Shown: positions 46,632-56,834, numbered from the stretch's first letter. The stretch is DNA of 64,000 nucleotides from Candidatus Dojkabacteria bacterium (GCA_050950165.1 JBMNHC010000001.1:453744-517743), one strand, 5' to 3'. The notes: generated by a model from the sequence alone, not told the origin. Numbers and translations are program-made.

Positions 46632-47631
46632 AAGTAGAATGTTAGAACCGTACAAAGACTATCAATTTAGTATTCCTCTAGATGGAAGAGAGAGAGTATA
46701 TGTTAAGGCTGGAAGTACAATATCTAGTGGAGATAAATTATTTGAGAGTTTGAGTAGCGGTAGTAAAAAATCTCTCTATTTACCTAAGATATTAGAGTGT
46801 AAAGTTGAAAATATACCAAGCTGTATGAGTAGGATAGATGGAGAGTATGTAGAAGAGGGTGAAGTTATTGCAAGAAGAGTAAGAAGAGGAGGTCTTAGTA
46901 TATTAGAGGTTCTTGCTCCAGTTTCAGGGATATTAGATTTTAGAAAAATTAGCAAAGGATATATTGATATATTAGGAGAGGAGAGTAGTAATATATTTGT
47001 TAGTGATTTTAATGGATATATTACTGCTGTGAATCCTAATGATGGTATTGTTGTTAAAGCAGATGCCCTCTCTATTGATGTTGTTGCTACTACAAAAGAG
47101 CAAGAGAAATATTTTGGTAAACTAGAGATAATTGAAGATGGAAACAGTATTATCACAGAAGGTGTGTTAGCTGATGATTACTCTGGTAAGATTGTATGGG
47201 TAGGTCCTTATCTTTATGACAGAGTTGCTTATGAACTATTCGAAAGAGGAGCTACAGCTATTCTTACATACGCTATCTCTTACTTACAATTTAGGGAGAT
47301 GGGATTACCCATTGCAGTAGTAGGTGGCTTTGGTTCTGTACACTGCGATACTAGATTTATTAACAACCTAGTTACCTTGCGTAATCGTTTGGTCATATTA
47401 GATGGTTATGAGAATCAACTCTTTGTAATTGCTAAATCAGATAAAAAGAGTAGAGAGTGGTTTGTAAAAGACTATATCAATCAACTAGTTATATCCAGAG
47501 CTCCCTCTACTTATGGATATATAGGGAAGGTGGTAGATATCCAAGGTAATTCTGGGTATCTCTATGTTGATTTTGATAAAAAAGGTCAATCTTTACTACA
47601 TATCGGTGTATTAGATTTTATAGATTTGTAA
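46621..47631 (+). CDS. Hypothetical protein with lipoyl/biotinyl-like hybrid motifs and C-terminal KOW/SH3-like barrel
   Basis: VKAG..I..GD.L, GEYVEEGEVIA...APVSG; C-terminal YG.IGKVV......VDF. Confidence 0.55.
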   Translation: MEIRSRMLEPYKDYQFSIPLDGRERVYVKAGSTISSGDKLFESLSSGSKKSLYLPKILECKVENIPSCMSRIDGEYVEEGEVIARRVRRGGLSILEVLAPVSGILDFRKISKGYIDILGEESSNIFVSDFNGYITAVNPNDGIVVKADALSIDVVATTKEQEKYFGKLEIIEDGNSIITEGVLADDYSGKIVWVGPYLYDRVAYELFERGATAILTYAISYLQFREMGLPIAVVGGFGSVHCDTRFINNLVTLRNRLVILDGYENQLFVIAKSDKKSREWFVKDYINQLVISRAPSTYGYIGKVVDIQGNSGYLYVDFDKKGQSLLHIGVLDFIDL

Positions 47632-47691
47632 TCGTAGGTTAGGGGTAATATAATTTTGGGAGCCTATTTTATTTTTCATCTTTCTACCACT

Positions 47692-48906
47692 GTGAGTAAA
47701 AGTACACAAGGAAAAAGAAATATATGGATAGTTGTTTTAATAGTAATATCATTTTCTTTAGGGATATTTTTTGGAAGACAGGTTGATGCACCTTCACTAG
47801 ATACTCTGCTTACTGCCAAATCTAAAGTAGATCTAGATCTCTTTTGGGAAGTATGGCGAGTTATGGATAGTAAGTATGTAGAGAAGGATAAAGTTACAGA
47901 CGAAGAGAAGATGTATGGTGCCATTAAAGGAATGGTAGATTCATATGGAGATCCTGCAACTGTTTTTCTAACTCCTAAAGAGACTGAAGAGTTTGAAGAT
48001 ATGAGTAGTGGTAAGTATTTTGAAGGTATAGGAGCAGAGCTTGGGTATAGAGATGGTGCAATTGTAGTTGTCTCTCCCTTAGATGGCTCTCCTGCAAAAG
48101 CTGCAGGAGTTAAAGCAGGTGACTACATTCTTGCTGTAGATGACTATGAAGTTAAGAGTGGAGATAATATATATAGTATTGTGGACAAAATTAGAGGAGA
48201 GGCAGGTACCGTTGTATTACTTAAGGTATTGCATTTAAATGAATTAAAGCCAGTTGAGATAGAGATTGTAAGAGGAGAGATTACTGTTCCAAGTATGACT
48301 CTCTCCTTTATTGGTCCTAACAAATCCATTGCTTTAATAGATATTGCAAGATTTACTGAGGCTTCATATCTAATATGGAGTGAGAATTGGAATAATGTAG
48401 TAGATGAGGTAGTTCAAAGTGGAGTAAAGAAGATAATTATTGATCTAAGAAGTAATCCTGGAGGTTTTTTTGATGCAGCAGTATATGCAGCTGAAGACTT
48501 TTTAGCATCAGATACATTAATAGCACAGCAACAAGATGGTAAAGGTAAAGTTCAAGATTTCCTTTCTAAGAAAGACGGTAGACTAAAAGGCAAAGAAGTA
48601 GTTGTTCTTGTAGATATGGGTAGTGCTTCTGCTTCAGAGATATTTGCAGGTGCACTACAGCAAAACAAAGTAGCAAAGATATTAGGAACAGAGACCTATG
48701 GTAAGGGTACAGCTCAGAATATTTTAGAGTTGTATGGTGGGTCTAGTTTGCATATTACCACTCTAAAATGGCTTCTTCCTGATGGTAAATGGTTAAACAG
48801 GGAAAATCCCGTTGTTCCTGATATTGAAGTAGAAAACAGTAATGAGGATTTCTTAAAAGGTTTTGATAGGCAACTAGATGAAGCAATTAAATTGCTAAGT
48901 AAATAA
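47692..48906 (+). CDS. ctpA: C-terminal processing protease (S41) with PDZ
   Basis: FEGIGAE, SPA..AG, DLRSNPGG, SASASEI, YGKG; GTG start preferred. Confidence 0.93.
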   Translation: MSKSTQGKRNIWIVVLIVISFSLGIFFGRQVDAPSLDTLLTAKSKVDLDLFWEVWRVMDSKYVEKDKVTDEEKMYGAIKGMVDSYGDPATVFLTPKETEEFEDMSSGKYFEGIGAELGYRDGAIVVVSPLDGSPAKAAGVKAGDYILAVDDYEVKSGDNIYSIVDKIRGEAGTVVLLKVLHLNELKPVEIEIVRGEITVPSMTLSFIGPNKSIALIDIARFTEASYLIWSENWNNVVDEVVQSGVKKIIIDLRSNPGGFFDAAVYAAEDFLASDTLIAQQQDGKGKVQDFLSKKDGRLKGKEVVVLVDMGSASASEIFAGALQQNKVAKILGTETYGKGTAQNILELYGGSSLHITTLKWLLPDGKWLNRENPVVPDIEVENSNEDFLKGFDRQLDEAIKLLSK

Positions 48907-48927
48907 ATTCAGTTTAAATAACTAAAT

Positions 48928-50088
48928 ATGAATAAAGTAGTAGGAGAGAAAAAGAAAGCTTTTGGGAAGCTATCCAAGTATAAACATTTGAGAGTAATGG
49001 GGGTATCTCTAGTAATTGTTACAATGTTTCTTCTTCTTGCAGTATCTATAATTTTAATACTAAGAGTGTCTCCTGAATTGCAACGAATATTTTTAAATCA
49101 AAATATATCTCAAGATGACAAAGAGAGACCAGTTATCAATATTACTGAGAGAGAAAATGTAATTGTAGATGTAGTAAAACAATCTAGTGAGTCTGTGGTC
49201 AGTATTGCAATTACAACACTATCTCTTAAACAAGGAGAGGGGATAGTAGATACGGTAAATAATATAGGTACAGGTTTTGTTGTAGATAGTAGTGGAATTA
49301 TTATCACTAATCAGCATGTAGTTTCAGATAATGATGCAGTATATACAGTCATTACTAATAGTGGTAAGGAGTATACAGTTGTAGAGATAGTAAGAGATGA
49401 TAGTAATGATATTGCTGTACTTAAAATAGATGCTAAGGATTTGAAAGCTTTAGAATTGGGAGATTCAGATAACCTTTTAGTAGGTCAAACAGTAATAGCG
49501 ATAGGTACACCACTAGGTGAATATGCAGGTAGTGTCACCACTGGAGTAATTAGCGGTTTAAAGAGGTCTGTAAAGACCTCTTCTGGATGGTTTGGTGCAA
49601 CTAGTAAGGTATATGAGAATGTAATTCAAACAGATGCAGCAGTTAATCCTGGGAACTCTGGAGGTCCACTCATTAGTACAGAGGGCAAGGTGGTTGGTAT
49701 TAACTTTGCTACTAGCTCTGGTGCAGATAATATCTCTTTTGCACTACCTGTAAATACAGTAAAGCAGAGACTTGAGGAGTACAGAACATATGGTAAATTT
49801 ATCAAACCGTATGTAGGTATTTCATATCAGATGATATCTGAGTATGAAGCTCTTTACTACAAAGATGTAGTAGCAGGAGCATTGGTTATCAATGTTGATC
49901 CAAAAGGCCCTGCTGCTAAAGCTGGTATTGAAAGAGGAGATATAGTTGTAAAGATTAACAAACAAAAAGTAGAGGGTTCTTTTGCTTCTTTAGTACAATC
50001 TTTTAAGGTAGGGCAAGAGGTAGAGATAGAGCTATGGCAGAGTGGAAAGAGTAGGGTAGTAAAGGTAACCTTAGAAGAAGCTAAATAG
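48928..50088 (+). CDS. htrA: HtrA/DegP-like serine protease, one PDZ
   Basis: TNQHVV, DIAVLK, TDAAVNPGNSGGPL, PDZ; N-terminal TM. Confidence 0.93.
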   Translation: MNKVVGEKKKAFGKLSKYKHLRVMGVSLVIVTMFLLLAVSIILILRVSPELQRIFLNQNISQDDKERPVINITERENVIVDVVKQSSESVVSIAITTLSLKQGEGIVDTVNNIGTGFVVDSSGIIITNQHVVSDNDAVYTVITNSGKEYTVVEIVRDDSNDIAVLKIDAKDLKALELGDSDNLLVGQTVIAIGTPLGEYAGSVTTGVISGLKRSVKTSSGWFGATSKVYENVIQTDAAVNPGNSGGPLISTEGKVVGINFATSSGADNISFALPVNTVKQRLEEYRTYGKFIKPYVGISYQMISEYEALYYKDVVAGALVINVDPKGPAAKAGIERGDIVVKINKQKVEGSFASLVQSFKVGQEVEIELWQSGKSRVVKVTLEEAK

Positions 50089-50887
50089 AGAGTATAAATC
50101 TCTCTTTGTTAAAGCAATCTGTTTCAACAGTATACTTCAAATCAGGTAGATACTTTTTAAAAAGAGTAAGAGTCTCTTCTACTATCGTCTCTTCCGTTTC
50201 TATATATAAAATAAAGTCTTTTATACATTTTTTCTTAATCTGTTCAAGTAGTCTCTCATATATCTCTAGACCACTACTTCCACCATCTAGTGCAAGCTTA
50301 GGTTCAAAATCTAATACACTTTTATCTAATTTTTTGTAAACAGATGTTGGAATATATGGTAAGTTTGCAATTAACAGAGTAGTTCCTTTTAGTATAGGCA
50401 GATCTTCTATCAGATCTGTTTTAATCCACTCTATACTTTCATTAGTTAAGAGTTTTTCATTTTCTTTTGCTATTTTTAATGCATTAGAAGATATCTCTGT
50501 AGCAAAGATGTTAGGAAATATACTCTCTCTGTTTAAAAGTTTCTTTAATGATATTGCTATACAACCACTACCTGTACCTATATCTACAATATTTTCAATA
50601 TTATATCTCTTAATTAACTCTATCGAGTTGTAAACTAACTGCTCTGTTTCAATCCTAGGAATTAATGTATCTTCTGTGACAAGAAACTTACTATTACAAA
50701 ACTGAGCATACCCTCTTATATACTCCCAAGGCTCTCCATCTTGTAGCCTTCTTAAAACACTCTCTTTATCTGTACTGTTCTCTTCCAGATATTCAACTAT
50801 CTCTATAGCTATACGTTTAGAATCAGGGTATTTAATCTGATCTAGAAATTCTTTAATATTAAATATCTGAGAGAGTTTATTTTGCAT
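50081..50887 (-). CDS. prmC: Release factor glutamine methyltransferase
   Basis: GEP.EYI.G, LIPR.ETE, DIGTGSG, ANLPY, FEP..ALDGG. Confidence 0.93.
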   Translation of the reverse strand: MQNKLSQIFNIKEFLDQIKYPDSKRIAIEIVEYLEENSTDKESVLRRLQDGEPWEYIRGYAQFCNSKFLVTEDTLIPRIETEQLVYNSIELIKRYNIENIVDIGTGSGCIAISLKKLLNRESIFPNIFATEISSNALKIAKENEKLLTNESIEWIKTDLIEDLPILKGTTLLIANLPYIPTSVYKKLDKSVLDFEPKLALDGGSSGLEIYERLLEQIKKKCIKDFILYIETEETIVEETLTLFKKYLPDLKYTVETDCFNKERFILSI

Positions 50888-51986
50888 TATTTAATATCTC
50901 TAACTGTATTCCTTCTCGTATATCATTAATCATCTCCTCTAACTCTCCACTTAAAACCGCCTCAATATTGTGCCAAGATTTTTTTATTCTATGATCAGTA
51001 ATTCTGTTTTGTGGAAAGTTGTAAGTTCTAATCTTTTCAGCTCTCATAGCACTACCTATCTGAGAAGATCTAAGAGAAGACCTTTTTTCTTGTTCCTCCT
51101 GTCTTTTCTTTTCATAGAGTCTAGATCTAAGAAGAGCCATAGCTTTCTCTTTGTTCTGACTCTGATGCTTTGTCTCTTGGCAACTAACTACGATGTTAGA
51201 AGGGTAGTGAGTAATTCTAACAGCTGAATCTGTTCTGTTTACACACTGACCACCTGCACCAGATGCTCTCATTACATCGATTCTAATATCTTCTGGATTA
51301 ATCTCAATATCTATCTCTTTTGCTTCAGGAAGTATTGCTACAGATGCAGTTGATGTATGTATTCTTCCTGATGCTTCTGTTGTAGGTACTCTTTGGACTC
51401 TGTGTACACCACTTTCGTATTTTAATTTTTTATACACATTCTTCCCATTTATCTGTGCTACTACCTCTTTGTACCCACCACTTTCAGTAATATTACTCTC
51501 AATTATCTGTATATCCCATCCATTTCTTTCTGAGTAGTTCTTATACATCCTAAAAAGGTCTGCAGCAAACAAACTAGCCTCATCGCCACCAGCACCTGCT
51601 CTAATCTCTAATATTGCCGATCTACTATCATCTTCATCTTGAAACTCTCTCTCTATCTGTATCTTCTTTATCTCTTCTTCAATGGAATTAATCTTTTCCT
51701 CAATATCTACCAATTCAACCTTTGCCATCTCTAGTAGCTCTTTGTCATCTTCTTGCTTTAATATCTCCTGTGTATCTTCATACTTCTTAATTTCGGCAAG
51801 GATATTATCGATATGCATAGAGAGTAGGGAGTAGTAGTTTAAATCAATACTCAACTTAGAGATATTCTCTCCTGTTGTATGAGCAAGACTCATCTTTCTC
51901 TCTAAGTCTTCTTTCTCTTGTTTAGCATTGCTTTTAAGATATTTTTCTTTCAGTGCTGTAATCTCCATCTTTATGGATAATATCAT
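50877..51986 (-). CDS. prfA: Peptide chain release factor 1
   Basis: EIRAGAGGDEA, HRVQRVP.T (PxT), GAGGQ; start may be 51968. Confidence 0.96.
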   Translation of the reverse strand: MILSIKMEITALKEKYLKSNAKQEKEDLERKMSLAHTTGENISKLSIDLNYYSLLSMHIDNILAEIKKYEDTQEILKQEDDKELLEMAKVELVDIEEKINSIEEEIKKIQIEREFQDEDDSRSAILEIRAGAGGDEASLFAADLFRMYKNYSERNGWDIQIIESNITESGGYKEVVAQINGKNVYKKLKYESGVHRVQRVPTTEASGRIHTSTASVAILPEAKEIDIEINPEDIRIDVMRASGAGGQCVNRTDSAVRITHYPSNIVVSCQETKHQSQNKEKAMALLRSRLYEKKRQEEQEKRSSLRSSQIGSAMRAEKIRTYNFPQNRITDHRIKKSWHNIEAVLSGELEEMINDIREGIQLEILNNAK

Positions 51987-52010
51987 GTTAAAAAATATTT
52001 TTGGAGTGTT

Positions 52011-52346
52011 TTACTTAGAGATATTTGCGTTGGCAAGCATATCTTTGAGTGTAAGAGTAGATGAAGATTTAATAGAGGTATCTCTTTTAGCTTTTCTCTC
52101 TTGCATCTTCTCTCTTTTGCTCTTAAAAGACATCTTAGATGCTTTCTGTGCTCTCTCTTCAAATTTCTTTACAACATTGTCAGTATCAACGATTTTTTGT
52201 TCTCCAGTATAGAAGGGGTGACACTTTGAACAGAGTTCTATGTTTAGAGTATCTACCTCTAATGTAGAACCTGTTTCAATGGTATTGCCACATGAGCAAA
52301 CAATCTTTAAATTCTTATTGTATTTAGGATGAATATCTCTTTTCAT
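52011..52346 (-). CDS. rpmE: 50S ribosomal protein L31 with C-terminal extension
   Basis: MK..IHPKY, CSCG, CSKCHPFYTG.QK.VDT; about 40 extra residues. Confidence 0.95.
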   Translation of the reverse strand: MKRDIHPKYNKNLKIVCSCGNTIETGSTLEVDTLNIELCSKCHPFYTGEQKIVDTDNVVKKFEERAQKASKMSFKSKREKMQERKAKRDTSIKSSSTLTLKDMLANANISK

Positions 52347-52418
52347 AACGGGTAGAATTATAACAGATGAGGATATGTGTGTCTAGGGTTATTAGATTAC
52401 TAAACCCTGTTTGATAGC

Positions 52419-53540
52419 TTAATCAGAGAAAGCCTTACTCAGAAGATCTAGCTCTTTGCCTAATCTCCAGTAAGATACTCCTAAAAGATTACTCTCTTTT
52501 GCTAGTTTTATTCTCTCTAATACACCCTCTTCTGTTTGGTAGAATAGGGTACATGTAGCTCCATCTGAACATTTGTACTGTGCATATCCTTCTGCAATAT
52601 CTTTTTTGTACTCTCTTTGAATATTGCTATTCTTTAATATATTAGCAACAGAAGTTTCTGTTAATGCAGATGCTTTTGTATCTTTCCAAAGATATGCATA
52701 GAGATGTACTCCTAAAGATATTTTTTTAGAATCTATTCTCTCCTTTGCATACTCTATGACATCTTCCATCCAGTTAATGGGAGCAATTGGACCAGCTGTA
52801 GTAGAAGTTTGTAGTGTAAAATCATATGTCATTATCTTTATCCTATCCGCTATCTTATCGATTCTTTCCCAATCTTGTACAGCAAGAGTATCCTGAGTAC
52901 CATCTCTTATTTTTGCAACTACTGTTACAGAGAGTATTTTCTCTTTAGCATGTAGAGCTGTTTTCAGATCTGTTAAGAATTTAAAATATCCTTCTTTCTC
53001 AGAAGAGTATATCTTTTCATAGTCTATATCTACTCCATCAAAGTTGTACTTCTCTACCTCTTTTAATATCTCACTTATATGTTTTTCAATATATGCCTCT
53101 GACTGTAGTAGGGATCTCATCACTTTAAAATCGTAAGAGCCAACAGTAGGTATTACCTCTATATATTTTTTTGTTGCAAAAGAGAGTAGCTTCTGTACAG
53201 ATTGTTCAGAAGGTTTTCTATTTAGTAAAGTACCATCACTATTTACTCCGTAAAATACAGGATTAATCTCCCCTATATCTCCTTTATACTTTTCTAAACT
53301 AGAATATCCATTCTCAAAATCCCAAGCAGGAATCCATGCAGAGTGTAAAAAAGATGGAACATTTTCTACTACTTGAGGAGGGTCTTTCTTCTCTTCTTTT
53401 ACCTGTTCTATATTTGTGTCTTTTTTTATCTCAGGAATATCTTCTTTAATCTTGTTTTTGTTTGAAAGAAAGAACGAAAGAAGTAGTATTGATACTGAGA
53501 GTATTGCACTAATTAAAAGAAGTGTATTTTCTTTTTTCAT
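52419..53540 (-). CDS. Membrane-anchored GH18 glycoside hydrolase
   Basis: FDGVDIDYE catalytic motif, MTYD, GV..WRLG; N-terminal TM. Confidence 0.9.
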   Translation of the reverse strand: MKKENTLLLISAILSVSILLLSFFLSNKNKIKEDIPEIKKDTNIEQVKEEKKDPPQVVENVPSFLHSAWIPAWDFENGYSSLEKYKGDIGEINPVFYGVNSDGTLLNRKPSEQSVQKLLSFATKKYIEVIPTVGSYDFKVMRSLLQSEAYIEKHISEILKEVEKYNFDGVDIDYEKIYSSEKEGYFKFLTDLKTALHAKEKILSVTVVAKIRDGTQDTLAVQDWERIDKIADRIKIMTYDFTLQTSTTAGPIAPINWMEDVIEYAKERIDSKKISLGVHLYAYLWKDTKASALTETSVANILKNSNIQREYKKDIAEGYAQYKCSDGATCTLFYQTEEGVLERIKLAKESNLLGVSYWRLGKELDLLSKAFSD

Positions 53541-53657
53541 CTTAATAAATTATACTACACTAAAGAAAAAAGAGGAGATTGAAATCTCTGAATACCCAAC
53601 TACTCTAGGTTAGCGGGATTGATTTTTTCTGAGTAAGAAAATATACTAATATTACTT

Positions 53658-53879
53658 ATGAAATATCCAAAGAGAATACAAAACAGGGTGAGTAGGATAG
53701 AGGGACAGATAGGTGGGATTAAAAGGATGATTAATACGGAGGTCTCTGAAGAGAAAGTAATGATTCAGCTACAAGCTGTAATATCTTCGTTGGAGAGTTT
53801 AAAGTTAGAACTACTTAAGAAGCAGATGAAGGATAGTTTTATAGAAAATATTAAAAAATCCTTATCTGTATCTGAGTAG
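53658..53879 (+). CDS. CsoR/RcnR/FrmR family repressor-like protein
   Basis: NRVSRIEGQI.GI.RM...V..QL.AV..L; lacks Cys and His. Confidence 0.8.
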   Translation: MKYPKRIQNRVSRIEGQIGGIKRMINTEVSEEKVMIQLQAVISSLESLKLELLKKQMKDSFIENIKKSLSVSE

Positions 53880-53934
53880 TAATCTGATATACTTAGGTGT
53901 GTACTGTCCAATAATATGAATATATACTTAAGAG

Positions 53935-54582
53935 ATGAAAATAAAGAGTTTAGGTTGGTCTACCTTTCAATTAACAGTTGGTGATACTACATTAGTAACA
54001 GATCCTCTTTCATTAAAAGATAGTGGGTTTAGTTTTAATAAGATGAAATGTGATGTAGTTATATTCTCAGAGAAGGAGCTCTTTGGTAAAGAGGATATAT
54101 TAAAAGAGAAAGGGTTAGAAAAGAAGGTAGAGCCTGATCACAGAGATACTATTATTGAAATATCGTCTCCTGGAGAGTTTGAAGTAGGTGGTCTTATGAT
54201 TAGAAGGGATGTAGATTCTCCTTTCTATATTATAGATGAGGGGAAGCTTAGGGTTGTGTATATGGGGTTGGTTGATAACAGTTTGGATGTTGGTACTACT
54301 AAGGATTTGGGAGATGTAGATGTTCTTATCCTCCCTATAGGGAATGGGTCTCTTTTTCCTGATTACGATAGAATAGAGAAGGTTATTAGAAATGTAGATC
54401 CTACAATATTGCTACCTTCTGCTTACAAAAAGAATGGTTTAAAAATTGGTAGTGATATGAAGAGTAGGGAGGATTTTATCAAATTCTTCGGTTTTACAAA
54501 TGTTAGAGACGAGTCATATCTTAATGTTGTTCCTGTTGCAGAGAGTGAGAACAAAAATATGGAGGTAATATTTCTTAATTAA
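53935..54582 (+). CDS. MBL-fold protein (Lactamase_B_3-like), degenerate
   Basis: MKI..LG.S.F, TDP, PGEFEVGG, VDVLILPIG; no HxHxDH. Confidence 0.7.
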   Translation: MKIKSLGWSTFQLTVGDTTLVTDPLSLKDSGFSFNKMKCDVVIFSEKELFGKEDILKEKGLEKKVEPDHRDTIIEISSPGEFEVGGLMIRRDVDSPFYIIDEGKLRVVYMGLVDNSLDVGTTKDLGDVDVLILPIGNGSLFPDYDRIEKVIRNVDPTILLPSAYKKNGLKIGSDMKSREDFIKFFGFTNVRDESYLNVVPVAESENKNMEVIFLN

Positions 54583-54588
54583 AAATAT

Positions 54589-55905
54589 ATGGAGAGAGTA
54601 CCACCACAAAATTTAGAAGCAGAGAAGTCTGTATTAGGTTCTGTACTTCTGGACAAAGATGCTTTAATTAATGTCTCTGGTTGGTTACTTCCTGAACATT
54701 TCTATGACGAGAGACACTCCATCATATATCAAAATATATTAGAACTTTTTGAGAGTGGTTTACCTATTGATTTAGTAACGGTCTCTGATAGGTTAAAGAA
54801 GAAAAAGGTTTTAACTAAGGTAGGTGGTAGAGCATATCTAACAGAGCTAGCTTCTTTTGTTCCTACATCTGCTCATGCACAAGAGTATGGCAATATTGTT
54901 AAAGAGAATGCAACTAGAAGAGGGTTAATATCTTCTGCAGCTGAAATTACTAAGCTTTCAATGGATGAGAGTGTAGATATTGCAGAGGTTGTAGATAGGT
55001 CTGAGACTTTGCTTTTTAGTGTTGCTCAAGAGGGTATTAGGAATAACTTTGTTCATGTAAAAGAACTTCTTAAAGATGCATATGAGAGGGCTGCTCATGC
55101 AACTAGTTCTGATGATTACTCTGGTATCTCTACTGGTTTTAAAGAGATTGATATTTTACTTGGGGGTTTTCAAAAATCAGACCTAATTATTCTTGCTGCT
55201 AGACCTTCTGTTGGTAAAACGTCACTTGCACTAGATATGATGAGACATGCGTCTTTAGTAGAGAAGAAGAATGTAGCATTTTTCTCATTGGAGATGTCCA
55301 ATATGCAGATTATGGATCGTTTACTAGGTATGCAATCTGGTATTCCTTTCTGGGAGATTAGAACTAACAAATTAGATGATGAGAAGATTGTTAAGTTAGC
55401 AAATACAATGGGTGAGTTAGGAGATGCCAATCTCTTTGTTGATGATAGTGCTGGACAGCATATTAATCAGGTAAGAACGAAAGCGAGAAGGTTAGCTTTA
55501 GAGCACGGTGTCGATATTATCTTTGTTGACTATCTTCAACTTATGAGAGGAAGTAGTAAAGAGAGTAGAACATTGGAGGTTTCAGAGGTGTCTCAAGGTT
55601 TAAAGAATCTTGCTAAGGAGCTAAATATTCCTGTAGTTGCTCTTTCTCAACTATCTCGTGCAATTGAGCAGAGGCAGAGCAGAAGACCTCAGCTATCTGA
55701 CTTGAGAGAGTCTGGCTCTATTGAGCAGGATGCTGATGTTGTAATATTTTTGGATAGGGAAGAGACTTGGAATCCTGATACAGAAAAGAAGGGTGTTGCA
55801 GATGTCTTTATTGCTAAGCATAGGAATGGTCCTACTGGTTTGATAGAGTTGGCCTTTGTTAAGGATATTGCTAGTTTTAGAAATTTGTATAAAGGGACTA
55901 AATAG
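54589..55905 (+). CDS. dnaB: Replicative DNA helicase
   Basis: PPQNLEAE.SVLG, AARPSVGKT, DYLQL, LSQLSR, DLRESGSIEQDAD, KHRNGP. Confidence 0.98.
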   Translation: MERVPPQNLEAEKSVLGSVLLDKDALINVSGWLLPEHFYDERHSIIYQNILELFESGLPIDLVTVSDRLKKKKVLTKVGGRAYLTELASFVPTSAHAQEYGNIVKENATRRGLISSAAEITKLSMDESVDIAEVVDRSETLLFSVAQEGIRNNFVHVKELLKDAYERAAHATSSDDYSGISTGFKEIDILLGGFQKSDLIILAARPSVGKTSLALDMMRHASLVEKKNVAFFSLEMSNMQIMDRLLGMQSGIPFWEIRTNKLDDEKIVKLANTMGELGDANLFVDDSAGQHINQVRTKARRLALEHGVDIIFVDYLQLMRGSSKESRTLEVSEVSQGLKNLAKELNIPVVALSQLSRAIEQRQSRRPQLSDLRESGSIEQDADVVIFLDREETWNPDTEKKGVADVFIAKHRNGPTGLIELAFVKDIASFRNLYKGTK

Positions 55906-55946
55906 TGTGTACATAGTTGGGTTTGTTGGGATATAATACGGGGTAG

Positions 55947-56030
55947 GGTCGAGTGGTGGAACTGGCAGACACGCGGGACTCAAAATCCCGTACTAGCAAT
56001 AGTATGAGGGTTCAACTCCCTCCTCGACCA
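55947..56030 (+). tRNA. tRNA-Leu(CAA)
   Basis: Acceptor GGTCGAG/CTCGACC plus A, CGGGA-CTCAAAA-TCCCG, variable arm TACTA-GCAA-TAGTA. Confidence 0.96.
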
Positions 56031-56057
56031 TATATTTAAATATTTAATTAAAAAGAG

Positions 56058-56792
56058 ATGAACTTAGAAAATATAATTCTAGATTTCTTTAATTTTGTTG
56101 GTAATGTTAACTTCAATCTGTTTGGTATTGTTTTAGCACTATTAATACTTGTATTTTGGATAGTTTTAATTGGATGGGTATGGATAGATTCTGCAGAGAG
56201 GACATCTAACAAGCAGTGGAGATTAGCTTATCTCTTCTTAGTTATATTCTTTAATATACCTGGATTAATAATATATTTCATAATTAGACCTTCTGAGACA
56301 ATTGAACAGGTATATTGGGAAGATTTAGAGAGAAGATATCTTAAGTATGAGACAGCAGAGTTAGGAGATTGTTCTAAGTGTGGTAGTCAATTACTTCCAG
56401 GATATGTATTCTGCGTAAATTGTGGTAATGAGATTAAAAGAAAGTGTCCTAATTGTCAGATTTTAATTATAAAGGGAGTAAAGTTTTGTCCTCATTGTGG
56501 TACTCAAGTTGCTGAGAAAGCTACTCAACAAGAGCAACCTAGTGTGGAGGTAATGGAGCAACAGATACTTGCTAACAAGGAGCATATGGTAGATACAGTT
56601 GAGTCAGATAAACTTAGATACAAACAGAGAGGGGACTTCATTGTAAAGCTAGGTGATGTTGTAATTGGGGGATGGAAGAAGCTAACAGGGGCTGAAAAGA
56701 AAGAAGATGAACAGAAGAGTGAGCAAGATGTTGTTAAGAGTGAGAGAGTAGATAAAAAGAAGAGAAAGAAGAAGAAGAGAAGAAAAAAGTAA
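56058..56792 (+). CDS. Membrane protein with double zinc ribbon and basic tail
   Basis: TM hairpin (W.W.D...W...G.IIY.I.RP), four CxxC pairs, Lys/Arg-rich C-terminus. Confidence 0.8.
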   Translation: MNLENIILDFFNFVGNVNFNLFGIVLALLILVFWIVLIGWVWIDSAERTSNKQWRLAYLFLVIFFNIPGLIIYFIIRPSETIEQVYWEDLERRYLKYETAELGDCSKCGSQLLPGYVFCVNCGNEIKRKCPNCQILIIKGVKFCPHCGTQVAEKATQQEQPSVEVMEQQILANKEHMVDTVESDKLRYKQRGDFIVKLGDVVIGGWKKLTGAEKKEDEQKSEQDVVKSERVDKKKRKKKKRRKK

Positions 56793-56834
56793 TTTTTGAT
56801 AAAATGGTAGTATTAATGTATTAGGAGTACTGCT

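Noticed and set aside
53590-53620. CsoR-type operator (TACCC...GGGTA) upstream of the repressor-like gene
   Set aside because: Only a weak, asymmetric match.
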